A DNA stretch of 64,000 nucleotides from a virus (lineage: Duplodnaviria > Caudoviricetes), in IMG/VR virus record IMGVR_UViG_3300025389_001023, positions 1 to 64,000 of that record. The stretch is one strand, 5' to 3'. Below, piece after piece: positions 38,787 through 48,504 of the stretch (the stretch's first letter is position 1; the number at the start of each line of letters is the position of its first letter). The position numbers were made by a program, and so were the translations under genes. A model generated the notes under the pieces. It did no database searches and was not told where the DNA came from. It worked only from the letters and a program-made list of their open reading frames with translations.

Positions 38787-40129
38787 TTATCGTCCCTAAA
38801 TCTTACAAATCGAGGGAAACGCAAACTGTATGTACCATCTTGATTTTGCGTAATCACATCACACAAGATTTCAGCAGTACGACCAATAACACTATTGCTA
38901 TTAGCCCAATAGTCATCACGATCCTCGTCACTAAAGCCACTACCCACATTGACAGTAATTTCTTTACCATCATCAACGCCTTGACATACTAGTGCACCTA
39001 GACGACCTACATTTCGACCAGTCCCCTCTTCAACACCAATCACTTGTAGATCAACACTTAGTGTAGGTTTCCATTTCATCCAAAATGTATTACGCTTACA
39101 CTCGTAAGGTGCATCAACATTCTTAATCATAATACCTTCGAATCCTGCGTTAACATTATCTTTAGCATAACGCTCTAGTTGATTTTTACCTTCTGCGGTG
39201 TCTAAGTCAACCATGATGTGTGGCAGTAACTCAACATTAGGCATTGTATCAATAACAGGACGCATTGCCTCAAGCAAATTAATACGTTTGCTCAATTGTG
39301 CATTCCAATATCCTCTGCGAAAATCTTGTAATGGGATAATGTCAAAAATATTGAACACACTATCATCAGCCTGCACATCAGTTTTGCGGCGTGCTTGTCG
39401 CATGAGTTCTTGGAATGTATTGCCAATCACTTCACCGTCAAGTACAAAGCCATCGATTAGTCCACGACCTTGATCCGTACCACGTGTAGCTCTACAAATT
39501 TTGGCATAATTGTTTTCTACTTGTTCTTCAATGTGTCTAAAGTTTTCAAACACCTTACCATTGCGACTGTAACAAATTGTAGTCATGCCATTATCGCTAG
39601 GGATAACAACAAGCAATACACGAACACCATCTAGCTTAGGCTCTAGACGTTTAGTACCCTTCATCTCGGGGCGACCTTCACTATTGGTTGCAAGTTGACA
39701 ACCAAACACTGGAATCTCGTAATCAGTTTTTTTACAAATTTTATTGATAGTCTTGTCACTAATACCTGCACGTAAGTCACGGCGAATAACAGGAGCACAA
39801 AATGTATTCCATTCGTTACTATCAAAACGTTCACTCATTTCTTGGATAGCATCACGTGCGGCATGACCAGTTAACCCACGTTGACCTAACTCACTCAACA
39901 ACTGATTAAAGTCTTCCCAAGGATTTTCTGCATCAACAATGCCAACTGTATCAGGCACTTGTTTAACACCAAACGTCACATAAGGATTATAGCAAACTTT
40001 GGTTAATGTTAAAAAATTAATAGCATTTGTGCTACCAAGGACACTTGCCTCAAGCGCCTGTTTAAGTACATCTTCTTTGTGAAGCCTGCTATCACTTTCA
40101 TTTAATTTTTTAATCCAACTTGCTGACAT
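38783..40129 (-). CDS. lig: ATP-dependent DNA ligase
   Basis: EPKLDGVR, LDGE, FDII, EGIMIK, WMKWK, VGSGFSD, SLRFPRF..RDDK. Confidence 0.96.
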   Translation of the reverse strand: MSASWIKKLNESDSRLHKEDVLKQALEASVLGSTNAINFLTLTKVCYNPYVTFGVKQVPDTVGIVDAENPWEDFNQLLSELGQRGLTGHAARDAIQEMSERFDSNEWNTFCAPVIRRDLRAGISDKTINKICKKTDYEIPVFGCQLATNSEGRPEMKGTKRLEPKLDGVRVLLVVIPSDNGMTTICYSRNGKVFENFRHIEEQVENNYAKICRATRGTDQGRGLIDGFVLDGEVIGNTFQELMRQARRKTDVQADDSVFNIFDIIPLQDFRRGYWNAQLSKRINLLEAMRPVIDTMPNVELLPHIMVDLDTAEGKNQLERYAKDNVNAGFEGIMIKNVDAPYECKRNTFWMKWKPTLSVDLQVIGVEEGTGRNVGRLGALVCQGVDDGKEITVNVGSGFSDEDRDDYWANSNSVIGRTAEILCDVITQNQDGTYSLRFPRFVRFRDDK

Positions 40130-40138
40130 GAATATTCC

Positions 40139-40366
40139 TTAAATAGTTTTTTCTTTATTTTCTTTAAGACGATTGGCGCATTCTGTGATTACTTCTTCGG
40201 GTACATATTTGTATTCTTTAAGCATTGAACACCTATAGTCTATTGACACCACATCTGGATCGTCATCATCGTCATTGGTAAAAGAAATAGAATCTGTTTT
40301 GGTCCAAAACAGTAATACTATTAATATTAGTATTACAAATAATATTGTTTTTTTATCATCATTCAT
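40139..40366 (-). CDS. Small membrane-anchored protein
   Basis: Start MNDDKK; transmembrane helix then an acidic, Cys-containing domain. Confidence 0.55.
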   Translation of the reverse strand: MNDDKKTILFVILILIVLLFWTKTDSISFTNDDDDDPDVVSIDYRCSMLKEYKYVPEEVITECANRLKENKEKTI

Positions 40367-40542
40367 TTGCGACCAACCGTAACGTGAAAGAATCCATGTG
40401 CAAGTAACATTGCCAACCATGTATCAAACATATATGGAATATTAAGACTTGGAAATAATGTGTTCAATGCCCAAATATAAGCAAATGGCATTATCAATAT
40501 TAAAACAATTACTAAAAGAATGACTGAGAAAAGTTTAAGCAT
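40363..40542 (-). CDS. Small membrane protein
   Basis: Read manually: MLKLFSVILL...IWALNTLFP.LNIPY.FDTW. Confidence 0.55.
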   Translation of the reverse strand: MLKLFSVILLVIVLILIMPFAYIWALNTLFPSLNIPYMFDTWLAMLLAHGFFHVTVGRK

Positions 40543-40551
40543 GTTGGTTCC

Positions 40552-40680
40552 TTATTTTGCTTGTTCAACTGTAACTTGTTTTACCTTATCAACACCGTTA
40601 TCAAGCATTTTTGCAATGCCACTGAAACCTACGGTTGAAATAATAATTCCAAAAATAATGCCTGCAATAAAATTAGTCAT
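40552..40680 (-). CDS. Small membrane protein
   Basis: MTNFIAGIIFGIIISTVGFSGIAKMLDNGVDKVK. Confidence 0.55.
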   Translation of the reverse strand: MTNFIAGIIFGIIISTVGFSGIAKMLDNGVDKVKQVTVEQAK

Positions 40681-40681
40681 T

Positions 40682-40831
40682 TTAGTTTCTTCCTTGTTCA
40701 GGTTTAATCCAATGTGCAACAGTATCGGTTCCAGACTTAACATCTTCGCCCATACCTTTAACAGTACCGGCTACAGTACTGCAACCAGCTAACACTACAA
40801 CAACACTTGCAATTAAAAATTTTGAGAACAT
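40682..40831 (-). CDS. Entericidin EcnA/B-like lipoprotein
   Basis: LAGC lipobox followed by STVAGTVKGMGEDVKSG. Confidence 0.7.
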   Translation of the reverse strand: MFSKFLIASVVVVLAGCSTVAGTVKGMGEDVKSGTDTVAHWIKPEQGRN

Positions 40832-40859
40832 GACAAGTCCTTTAAGTTGATAATGATTC

Positions 40860-40888
40860 ATTGTAATATATTTGACTATTATTGTCAA
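40860..40888 (-). promoter_or_regulatory. Sigma70 promoter
   Basis: TTGACA-N17-TACAAT. Confidence 0.75.
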
Positions 40889-41538
40889 ATAACTTTTACC
40901 CGATTTAATTGCGTACTGTTGTCACGATATGCTTTAACAGTACCATAAATATCACGTTGTTGACCAATTGGCAATTCTTGTTTGTAAGCAAAGAACACAA
41001 CTTGGTCATCACTTGTAATACCAGTGATGTAGAATGTATTCCATTTTTGTGAGTAAACGGATTTCAATACTTCAATGGTTAGTGAAATTTTGCTACCAAT
41101 ACTATCAACGATTTTACCTGTAGCAAATGCAATACGTTGGTCTATAGTTTGACGTTTGACACCACGCTCATAGCAACTTGGAAGACTTGCAATAACTGCC
41201 AAATCATACCTGGTATCAATTGTATCTCTGTTTGCAAGTAACATTGCGGTGTTATCAAACTCACTTAATTTGATACCTTTAAGGATTTTAAAAGTCAAAC
41301 CCTGATAGAATGCACAAACCTTACGACCTTGTTCCATATCCTCTTCAGTAATTTGAGTAGGATCAACCAATAAATTTTCAACGATTTGACGATTGGATAG
41401 TTTATTTGTTTGAGGGTCACTTTCTGACAATACACTCAATTTAACATAACTACCATTGATACGCTGTGCCTGACATGCCGCACCCCAAACGGTATCAGCA
41501 ACAATATTAAGGGGTACGGGTTTTTGATATTTGGGCAT
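40885..41538 (-). CDS. Hypothetical protein with C-terminal OB-fold-like segment
   Basis: GTVKAY..STQLNRVK C-terminus. Confidence 0.6.
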   Translation of the reverse strand: MPKYQKPVPLNIVADTVWGAACQAQRINGSYVKLSVLSESDPQTNKLSNRQIVENLLVDPTQITEEDMEQGRKVCAFYQGLTFKILKGIKLSEFDNTAMLLANRDTIDTRYDLAVIASLPSCYERGVKRQTIDQRIAFATGKIVDSIGSKISLTIEVLKSVYSQKWNTFYITGITSDDQVVFFAYKQELPIGQQRDIYGTVKAYRDNSTQLNRVKVI

Positions 41539-41633
41539 GATTACTCCTTACAGTTTACTAACAATGATAACTTTAACAAAAAAGATTGCAATAACAACCA
41601 GTGTAGTAATGATAATTTGTGTATCAGTCATGA

Positions 41634-41945
41634 TTAAACCTTTGCGTAATGCTTGTTGACATTATCCTGAATCAACTGATTGAAGCCTGCAACACTAACA
41701 GGATAACCTAGTTCCTTAAGGTGCTTTTTGATATGGGGCAAGAGATAACCTTTAGACTCAACAATTTTCAATGGGGCCTCACCACCTGCCAAACGACTGA
41801 AATATTCTTCAACTGTGAAATTTTTGCACAAGAAGGTAATGAATGTACCTTTACCAGCTTTGGCATATTTAAAACGTGCAACAAATTTACCATTGTAATT
41901 AACGTACTCAGTACCATTGAATTCAGATTTGATAAATGCAGTCAT
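41634..41945 (-). CDS. Early hypothetical protein
   Basis: FVARFKY...FL.KNFTVEEY; SD AAGGAG. Confidence 0.65.
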   Translation of the reverse strand: MTAFIKSEFNGTEYVNYNGKFVARFKYAKAGKGTFITFLCKNFTVEEYFSRLAGGEAPLKIVESKGYLLPHIKKHLKELGYPVSVAGFNQLIQDNVNKHYAKV

Positions 41946-41955
41946 AGTTTTCTCC

Positions 41956-42273
41956 TTAAACAGTATATGTGTGACCAGTTAAAACATTCACTACCTTTGC
42001 ACCAGGACCAAATGCGGCACGCATTTCAAACAATTCCTCATCACTTGGACCTTTGTAATTTTTGCGATAAGCCTCGATTGCAATACGGTCTTCAACTTTA
42101 CGTTGTTCAACACTATTGGAATACATTTGACCGTCAATCCAACCAGCATCTTCAAAATTTTGCAACATATCTGCAAAAGGAATACGGTCATTGCTATTCC
42201 AACGAACAACAGGACCTGTTGCATCATTAGTGTAATCAATGTAAAACTCTGATTTGTATTTTGCATCTACCAT
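41956..42273 (-). CDS. Early hypothetical protein
   Basis: EMRAAFGPGAKVVNVLTG; SD AAAGGAG. Confidence 0.65.
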   Translation of the reverse strand: MVDAKYKSEFYIDYTNDATGPVVRWNSNDRIPFADMLQNFEDAGWIDGQMYSNSVEQRKVEDRIAIEAYRKNYKGPSDEELFEMRAAFGPGAKVVNVLTGHTYTV

Positions 42274-42305
42274 TTGAAAGCTCCTTTAATCAACTCAATA
42301 TAAGT

Positions 42306-42334
42306 ATTATATGCCCAAAATGATTTATCGTCAA
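42306..42334 (-). promoter_or_regulatory. Early sigma70 promoter (repeat copy 5)
   Basis: TTGACG-ATAAATCATTTTGGGCA-TATAAT with the same leader/RBS as copies 2-4. Confidence 0.88.
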
Positions 42335-42373
42335 CCTTTTTGTAAGTTGTTGATTTACAACGGTTTTTTTGGG

Positions 42374-43162
42374 CTATTTTAAGCTGATTTTCGCCATTTC
42401 TAGGCGGGAAAACACGTTATCTCCGAAATTCCAGCCCTCGGGCATGGAAGTTTGAAGGTCAAGTTCATGGTCTAACCGGTCTGCTTCCTCATTTGTAATC
42501 AATACTATAGCCAAATTGTTCTTAATCATTTGTGCTATTTCGGTTACACTACGTTTTTCCATTGTCATAGTAACTGCTTGATTGTAGATTAGGATACAAG
42601 GTACAATATGTTCACGGTATGTGTTTTCTTTTGTGCGATTAATACTTTCACCGATTGTGATTAAATGGTCAATACTATCACCCTCAAGTAATGCCCTTGT
42701 ATTCTCTAAACCAAATCCATCTTCGTTGTCAATAAAATACTTAAAACGTTTGGCAATCTTTTCAAATATATTACGTTCGCTTACCTCACGTGCAATAGGT
42801 TTAATTGCTTGACCACGTACCTTACGTACAATAGATTCAATTGATTCAATAATGCCAACTAATATCCAAAAAGATTCTAGTATATCACCATCAAAGTGTA
42901 CGTTGATAAAATCCTTTTGGTCTTTACGTTTTTCACTACGTTTGCCAAACTTCTCAGTAAAGCCTGCCTCAATAAATTTCTCTCGCATGACTTTAACATC
43001 TTGAGGCTTTGCTAACCATCCAATTGTATAATGATTCTTTTTAATTTCGCACTTGATTCCATTATTAGAATATAGTACAAGAACTCCGCGGTCTTCATAG
43101 ATACGTTCAGTATACCCACGTTCTTCGCAGGAGTTTTTAAATGTATTGAATGGTATTGCCAT
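42374..43162 (-). CDS. Hypothetical protein with HNH-like C-terminal motif
   Basis: YREHIVP...VLITNEE pattern. Confidence 0.5.
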   Translation of the reverse strand: MAIPFNTFKNSCEERGYTERIYEDRGVLVLYSNNGIKCEIKKNHYTIGWLAKPQDVKVMREKFIEAGFTEKFGKRSEKRKDQKDFINVHFDGDILESFWILVGIIESIESIVRKVRGQAIKPIAREVSERNIFEKIAKRFKYFIDNEDGFGLENTRALLEGDSIDHLITIGESINRTKENTYREHIVPCILIYNQAVTMTMEKRSVTEIAQMIKNNLAIVLITNEEADRLDHELDLQTSMPEGWNFGDNVFSRLEMAKISLK

Positions 43163-43163
43163 A

Positions 43164-44423
43164 TTAGTTAAGTGTGATTGTATGATAGCCCCAGGGTTGG
43201 CTAAAGTAAGTGTTTAACGTTTTTTGTTCTGTTAAATCATTTGAGATTTCCCAACCACAACACCAATATTTGTATACAACACCATCAGGAGTAGCAAAAC
43301 TAGAGTCTTGTAACCAAGGTTGAAATTCAGAAAAACTAGTACCAATTACTATGTTGCTCAATTGTAATCCTAAAATTTCATGGAATGCACTTATTTTTGC
43401 ACTTTTTAAGTTTCCGTTGTATGTGATATCACTCGTTGATGTAGCATTAACCAAAAAGTTTGTATACATAGAATTAAAAAAGTCCGGCGGGATATCGTTA
43501 ACACCTATGTCTGCACCCATTGATTCTTCAGTTAAAATTACTTTTTTACCATAATTATTGTAAACTGCTTTAATTTGGTCAACTTCATTTTTGCCGAAGG
43601 CATCATTGAAATACATTTTAACAATTGAAATCAAATCATTTGCAGGGGTATTAGATAATGTGCCATTCATAATGATAGAAGGGTAATCAACATAGTTCCA
43701 AATTGGTGTATCTGCACCTAGATTAGATGTGTATGAAAGTTTTCCATTGAACACCGTTCTTATTTGATTAATTAAATAAGCCCAATAGGGTAAATGACTA
43801 GCTGATTCCATATTGGATACTTGCTCCCCAACAAACAGTCCATCAACATTATGTTGTTTCGCCAATTGCGCTAAAGATACATCATAATTTGCAATATTGG
43901 TAAACAATTGTTGCTCTGTGTATTTTGTAAAATCAGGTGTAAGTAAACAGTCTGTTACACTATCAGATATACTAAGTGAAAGCCAAACAGCTAATCCCTG
44001 ACTTTTTGCATAATCAACCAACTTCCAAAGCGCCTTGGGGGGTGTTTTAGTACCTTGACTTGGATTATCATTAAATGATATATTACCTGTACTTGCATTA
44101 ATAGGTGCTTCCATTTCAAAAATAACACCACTGAATCCTACAGATTTAATTTGGTCTATAGTAGCACTAACTGCTTCATACGATGAAGTCTGCAATCCAT
44201 TGGCATTGATTGATTGGCTTGGGGTATCAAATCGATAATCTATTCTAGCTAAACGGAAGTTACCATTTAATGGTGCTGTCGTAGCAAATGTTGAGTAAAT
44301 GTTATGCGGGGTAATTTGCTCACTCGCCGAAGAAATAGTACTAGGTGTACCACCTCCCCCTCCCCCACCGCAGGCAGTAAGGACAATACTAAAAAAAGTT
44401 ACAACTAGACTGGTACGTACCAT
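43164..44423 (-). CDS. Lipoprotein with glycoside-hydrolase-like TIM barrel (GH113/GTA-like)
   Basis: LTAC lipobox plus GGGGGGG linker; DYAKSQGLAV, GLFVGEQ, IRTVFNGKLSY, ILTE. Confidence 0.6.
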   Translation of the reverse strand: MVRTSLVVTFFSIVLTACGGGGGGGTPSTISSASEQITPHNIYSTFATTAPLNGNFRLARIDYRFDTPSQSINANGLQTSSYEAVSATIDQIKSVGFSGVIFEMEAPINASTGNISFNDNPSQGTKTPPKALWKLVDYAKSQGLAVWLSLSISDSVTDCLLTPDFTKYTEQQLFTNIANYDVSLAQLAKQHNVDGLFVGEQVSNMESASHLPYWAYLINQIRTVFNGKLSYTSNLGADTPIWNYVDYPSIIMNGTLSNTPANDLISIVKMYFNDAFGKNEVDQIKAVYNNYGKKVILTEESMGADIGVNDIPPDFFNSMYTNFLVNATSTSDITYNGNLKSAKISAFHEILGLQLSNIVIGTSFSEFQPWLQDSSFATPDGVVYKYWCCGWEISNDLTEQKTLNTYFSQPWGYHTITLN

Positions 44424-44461
44424 GGAGATCTCCATAAGTGATTAAGTAAGTCTGTATTCTA

Positions 44462-45589
44462 CTACGAAAACCATTTATTGTCAACATAGGCTTCTAGCTG
44501 TAAAGTTTTGGGTACATCTTGGTACCACTCTTTGACTTCTTGATCCCCAATTAGTTTTAATTTTTCATTTGTATATTTTGTTCCCAATTTATTGGTATCT
44601 ACCCATTTATGGTATGTGTATAAACACATGTCAAAATTTTTAATAATTTTGCGTTTCTCTGCTAACGTTTGCAATTTAATAGGAACCCCTAATACCAAGG
44701 TTCCGTTGTCAACTAATTGTCTAATTGCATCACTAGCATTTTTATATTTTTTGCCATGTTCTAATAAGTACTTTTGGTCTGCTAAGGTAAGTTGTGTTTC
44801 TAATTTAGCAACCGCATGTGCAGTAGATTTAGTTTGGTCATACTCTAACATTTTTATATCTTCTACACTACCCAAATCACTTATTAATTTGTGACATTTA
44901 TTCCAATCATTCCATTCAATCGAAAAAATATCATTCCATGTTCTTTTTTCTTGATTAGGGAATATGTCTAAATTTAATATATAATTCTCAATATTTTTTA
45001 AATCTTGTTCATAGTTAAAATAACTATTAACCTCAAAATATGTTTCTACCCAATCTAAATAAATTTTATATCTATTTAAATTATTAGTTAAATTAGTTTG
45101 GTCTATAGTAATACCGTTTTTATAAATTTCATAGTATGTGTTAAATTTTTCGTAGTGACTAAAAACATTTAATTGTTTACTATGTGCTACGATAGACCAA
45201 CTAAGTGCATGTTCAAATAAATTTTCTCGTCTGCATGATATAATAAAAAAATTTTTATTAAGGTATTCATAAAAACGAAATTGGTCTGCAAGACTGTCTT
45301 TTCGTTTGTTTATATGGTAGTGTGCCAATCTTGCAGTTTTGTAGTGGTCTGCTTTGTCTAGTAAATTTACAATTTCTTCTAATGATTGATAATACGACCA
45401 ATCATTACCTGGAGGTTTCCCTAAAATTTCTCTATTGTATGTAGTATTATAATAAAGATTTATACCATTTGTTAACTCATGCAAATTGATGACTGGTCTA
45501 TCATATTGATGCCCGGCCATATATATGGTAATTAATCGTTGTAAAAGTGTGCTACCAACTCTGTCAGGTGTTAATATTAAAACATTCAT
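44462..45589 (-). CDS. Sulfotransferase-like protein (Stf0-like)
   Basis: TPDRVGSTLL 5'-PSB-like loop; RRENLFEHALSW; NYE. Confidence 0.6.
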   Translation of the reverse strand: MNVLILTPDRVGSTLLQRLITIYMAGHQYDRPVINLHELTNGINLYYNTTYNREILGKPPGNDWSYYQSLEEIVNLLDKADHYKTARLAHYHINKRKDSLADQFRFYEYLNKNFFIISCRRENLFEHALSWSIVAHSKQLNVFSHYEKFNTYYEIYKNGITIDQTNLTNNLNRYKIYLDWVETYFEVNSYFNYEQDLKNIENYILNLDIFPNQEKRTWNDIFSIEWNDWNKCHKLISDLGSVEDIKMLEYDQTKSTAHAVAKLETQLTLADQKYLLEHGKKYKNASDAIRQLVDNGTLVLGVPIKLQTLAEKRKIIKNFDMCLYTYHKWVDTNKLGTKYTNEKLKLIGDQEVKEWYQDVPKTLQLEAYVDNKWFS

Positions 45590-45609
45590 TATCTATTTAG
45601 TAGCCGTGG

Positions 45610-45631
45610 AAAGAGGATCATGATCCTCTTT
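45610..45631. terminator. Palindromic hairpin, probable terminator
   Basis: AAAGAGGATCATGATCCTCTTT perfect inverted repeat downstream of 45644-45913. Confidence 0.55.
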
Positions 45632-45643
45632 GTTATGTAAGAA

Positions 45644-45913
45644 TTACTTCTTAGGTGTAGCTTGATTTACAAAACTGTACATTTTTTCAGCAGTTTCTAA
45701 AATTTTGTCTAGTCCTGGAAACTCTGGCATGCTAACAATACTGATAAGACGACCTGTCTTATCGTCTTTTCTTGATGTTAATTCCCAGTTAGCAAATTTG
45801 TACTGATACTCAGCAATCAACTGGCTTTGTGCAAGTGCTAAAATATCGCTACGAATTTCGTAACCGTTTTTTGTGAATTTAACTTCTGGAAGTTTTGGTG
45901 TAAATTCTGACAT
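45644..45913 (-). CDS. Conserved hypothetical protein
   Basis: KNGYEIRSDILALA...ILETAEKMYSFV; SD AAGGAG. Confidence 0.65.
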   Translation of the reverse strand: MSEFTPKLPEVKFTKNGYEIRSDILALAQSQLIAEYQYKFANWELTSRKDDKTGRLISIVSMPEFPGLDKILETAEKMYSFVNQATPKK

Positions 45914-45923
45914 ATTAATCTCC

Positions 45924-46187
45924 TTAAATTTGTGTGTCAATGTCTGTGTTGGCTTCTCTTACAGCTTCGGCCTTTGCTGATTCTTTCTTTGGATAGAAAA
46001 AATTGTTTACCGCCTCTACATTATATGCAGAGATGTCAATTGTATTACGAACAAGCATTTTTGCAAATGCTGTTTGGGCATCTATGTAGTTGTGACAAAC
46101 CTTATTAATTGTTTTGTCCTTATAAACTTCATCTGTTAATATTTTCTTTCCTGCTTGGAAACTGTCAATAAAAAAATCCATAAACAT
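45924..46187 (-). CDS. Phasin-like small helical protein
   Basis: FIDSFQAGKK...YIDAQTAFAK; SD AAGGAG. Confidence 0.45.
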   Translation of the reverse strand: MFMDFFIDSFQAGKKILTDEVYKDKTINKVCHNYIDAQTAFAKMLVRNTIDISAYNVEAVNNFFYPKKESAKAEAVREANTDIDTQI

Positions 46188-46197
46188 TTTTATCTCC

Positions 46198-46755
46198 TTA
46201 TATGTATAATAACTTTGGAATCCTTTTACCAAAGTAATCTGCTACCGCTAAATTAACGTTAGTAGCCTCTTCAACATAAGTAACCAAATCAGGAGAATCC
46301 AATTCAATATCTGCCATTGTTTCCCCATGTTCACTATGTATGTTGATACCGTTTTTAATGCACAGGTGTTTAATTGCCTTATTGGTACTTAAACATACCA
46401 TGCAACCTTTAAGTTTGTTATTTACACGACACCATTGAATAGCACGTTTCATTAGTTTGTTGCCCAAACCTTGTCCCTGATATTCTTTAAGCACACTAAA
46501 TGCTAATTCCATCTCATTCTCAATTGCAATATGTGCAATTGCTATAAACTCAAGGTCTGTGTTTTCTATAGCAAAGAGTATATGCTGGTGAGTATTGGCT
46601 TCAAACTTGTCGCAAAGCTGGTCAATGATTGTGTCATTAGCTGTGTAGCCAAACCTGAGTACCTTAGATTCAGAATCTAAGGACTTAAGGTGTGTGCGAT
46701 ATTTACCATACTCATGTGGCAATACCCTGCGAACCGTCGTGTACACAATTACCAC
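46198..46755 (-). CDS. GNAT acetyltransferase
   Basis: ELAFSVLKEYQGQGLGNKL...CLSTN. Confidence 0.85.
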   Translation of the reverse strand: MVIVYTTVRRVLPHEYGKYRTHLKSLDSESKVLRFGYTANDTIIDQLCDKFEANTHQHILFAIENTDLEFIAIAHIAIENEMELAFSVLKEYQGQGLGNKLMKRAIQWCRVNNKLKGCMVCLSTNKAIKHLCIKNGINIHSEHGETMADIELDSPDLVTYVEEATNVNLAVADYFGKRIPKLLYI

Positions 46756-46949
46756 CCCTTGTGTGCTAATCTTGCTTTACGTGCTTCTTGTAATACTTCT
46801 GAAATAAATTCAAAAAATTGTTTAATAGTTTTCATTTTATGTGTTCCTGTATGTGTGGTTAAAATCTTTTACGTATAGGTCAGCCTTTAATTGCTGTAAA
46901 CGTATGTACTGTATGAGTGCCTGCTTTAAAAATCTACGTAGTGATTTCA

Positions 46950-47096
46950 TTATCTAGACCTCTGGAAATCGTATTGACGTATCCAATAGTCTACTTCTGC
47001 AGGTGTTGTGGGATTTTTTGATATGACATAGTGTTCTATGTCTGTATGTAAAGTGGGTGAAAACCACTTATTTAATAAGTCGATAATTTGTTTCAT
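46950..47096 (-). CDS. DUF3563-like small protein
   Basis: Read manually: IEHYVISKNPTTPAEVDYWIRQYD. Confidence 0.5.
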   Translation of the reverse strand: MKQIIDLLNKWFSPTLHTDIEHYVISKNPTTPAEVDYWIRQYDFQRSR

Positions 47097-47150
47097 TTAA
47101 TTTTCCTCTGTGTGTGTTCAATTTTTACAGAATTGTAACTGATAATGTAT

Positions 47151-47888
47151 TTATCTAATATATTTAGATTCTATTAATTTATCAACAAAAATAGTTGCTG
47201 TTTTTATATCATAATGATAGGTGTCTCTAGCCCAATCTATCGGTCTATATTTAATTACAGGTGTGTTAAGTTTATCAAATTCGTTCCAAAAACGTTTAAT
47301 ATATTCAGGGTCAATAAAATCAGGGATAAAACTGTTAATTAATATTGTATTAGATTGATTACATGCATTTATACTATTTTTTATACATTGTATTGTATGC
47401 AATGCATCATCCAATGATTGTTGATCCTTAAGAAAGTGAATTCTTCTATCATAATCATCTAATACTTCTCCGTCATTCAATTGTTTTTCTCTACGATTAG
47501 CATAGCTCCATTGTACAACAATTGTTTTTGGTTTTATAATTTCTGCTATTTTTTGTATCTTGCGTGATATCCAATCATTACTGGCTCCATCCATAGACAC
47601 GTTAATTGTACGTATGTTTAATTTGTTTGATAAAACTTGGGGCCATATATGGTTATATGGTTGCCCCACACCAGCAGTAAAACTATCCCCAACACACCAA
47701 ATACATTCATCTAAGTTTTCGGGCCACTCACTATCTCTGTAACCTCTACTATTGTATTTGTAACTTATTGGATATGGATAGTTTTTAAAATTATGTTTAT
47801 GTAGGCATTTGTCAGGCGAGTCAATGCCAGTATACCGTGTTTCAGTATTAACAAAGTCTTTTAAAATAAAATCAGGAAGTATATTCAT
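47151..47888 (-). CDS. SGNH/GDSL-like hypothetical protein
   Basis: YNSRGYRD, GDSFTAG, NVSMDGASND and RDTYH; paralog of 10312-11052. Confidence 0.6.
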   Translation of the reverse strand: MNILPDFILKDFVNTETRYTGIDSPDKCLHKHNFKNYPYPISYKYNSRGYRDSEWPENLDECIWCVGDSFTAGVGQPYNHIWPQVLSNKLNIRTINVSMDGASNDWISRKIQKIAEIIKPKTIVVQWSYANRREKQLNDGEVLDDYDRRIHFLKDQQSLDDALHTIQCIKNSINACNQSNTILINSFIPDFIDPEYIKRFWNEFDKLNTPVIKYRPIDWARDTYHYDIKTATIFVDKLIESKYIR

Positions 47889-47893
47889 AATTA

Positions 47894-47918
47894 AAAATAG
47901 GGGAACATAGTCCCCTAT
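47894..47918 (-). terminator. Rho-independent terminator
   Basis: ATAGGGGAC-TAT-GTTCCCCTAT followed by TTTT. Confidence 0.7.
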
Positions 47919-47923
47919 AATAC

Positions 47924-48208
47924 TTATGCAACGTAAGTTTTGTGATATTTTTTTAGTGCCAATGCTCTAGCTAAGAATAATCTAAATTTTGCATAATCAG
48001 ATATTTCTATTTCTTCTTCATGCACTATTTGACCATACTCATAGCTTTTTTTATTGCGACCAAAAGCTAATTCATCATCAATGATGACACAGTTATCGTC
48101 ATCATTGTTTTTACTTTTACTTACCTGTTGACGGTGCTGTAGTTGTTGCTGTAGGTTTTGATTCGTTTTTCTTATCAGTTTTGGCTGGGCTTTTGTTGGG
48201 CTTAACAT
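47924..48208 (-). CDS. Hypothetical protein (start uncertain)
   Basis: ORF track; overlaps the upstream gene. Confidence 0.45.
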   Translation of the reverse strand: MLSPTKAQPKLIRKTNQNLQQQLQHRQQVSKSKNNDDDNCVIIDDELAFGRNKKSYEYGQIVHEEEIEISDYAKFRLFLARALALKKYHKTYVA

Positions 48209-48389
48209 CGGCCTTTTTATCTTCTTTTTTCTTTGCTAATAACATTGGCTTGCCTGATTCTGTTTCCTTAGCGGATGCCTTGGCTTCAGTTTTTGTTTCT
48301 GCGGCTTTTGGCTCAGGCATGTTTTTTGCAGGTTGTGCAAATGCTGATACTGTTGCTAATGCGGCGATTAAGGTGATTAGTGATTTCAT
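48117..48389 (-). CDS. Exported Lys/Ala-rich low-complexity protein
   Basis: Signal peptide ending SAFA. Confidence 0.65.
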   Translation of the reverse strand: MKSLITLIAALATVSAFAQPAKNMPEPKAAETKTEAKASAKETESGKPMLLAKKKEDKKADVKPNKSPAKTDKKNESKPTATTTAPSTGK

Positions 48390-48504
48390 GGTAATTTCCT
48401 TTAAGTTAAGTATGTAGAACTATTCTACATATATATACAACGCTTGCCAACTGGTTTTCGTTGACATGTATTTAATATATATATGCCCAAACGCTAAATA
48501 CACT

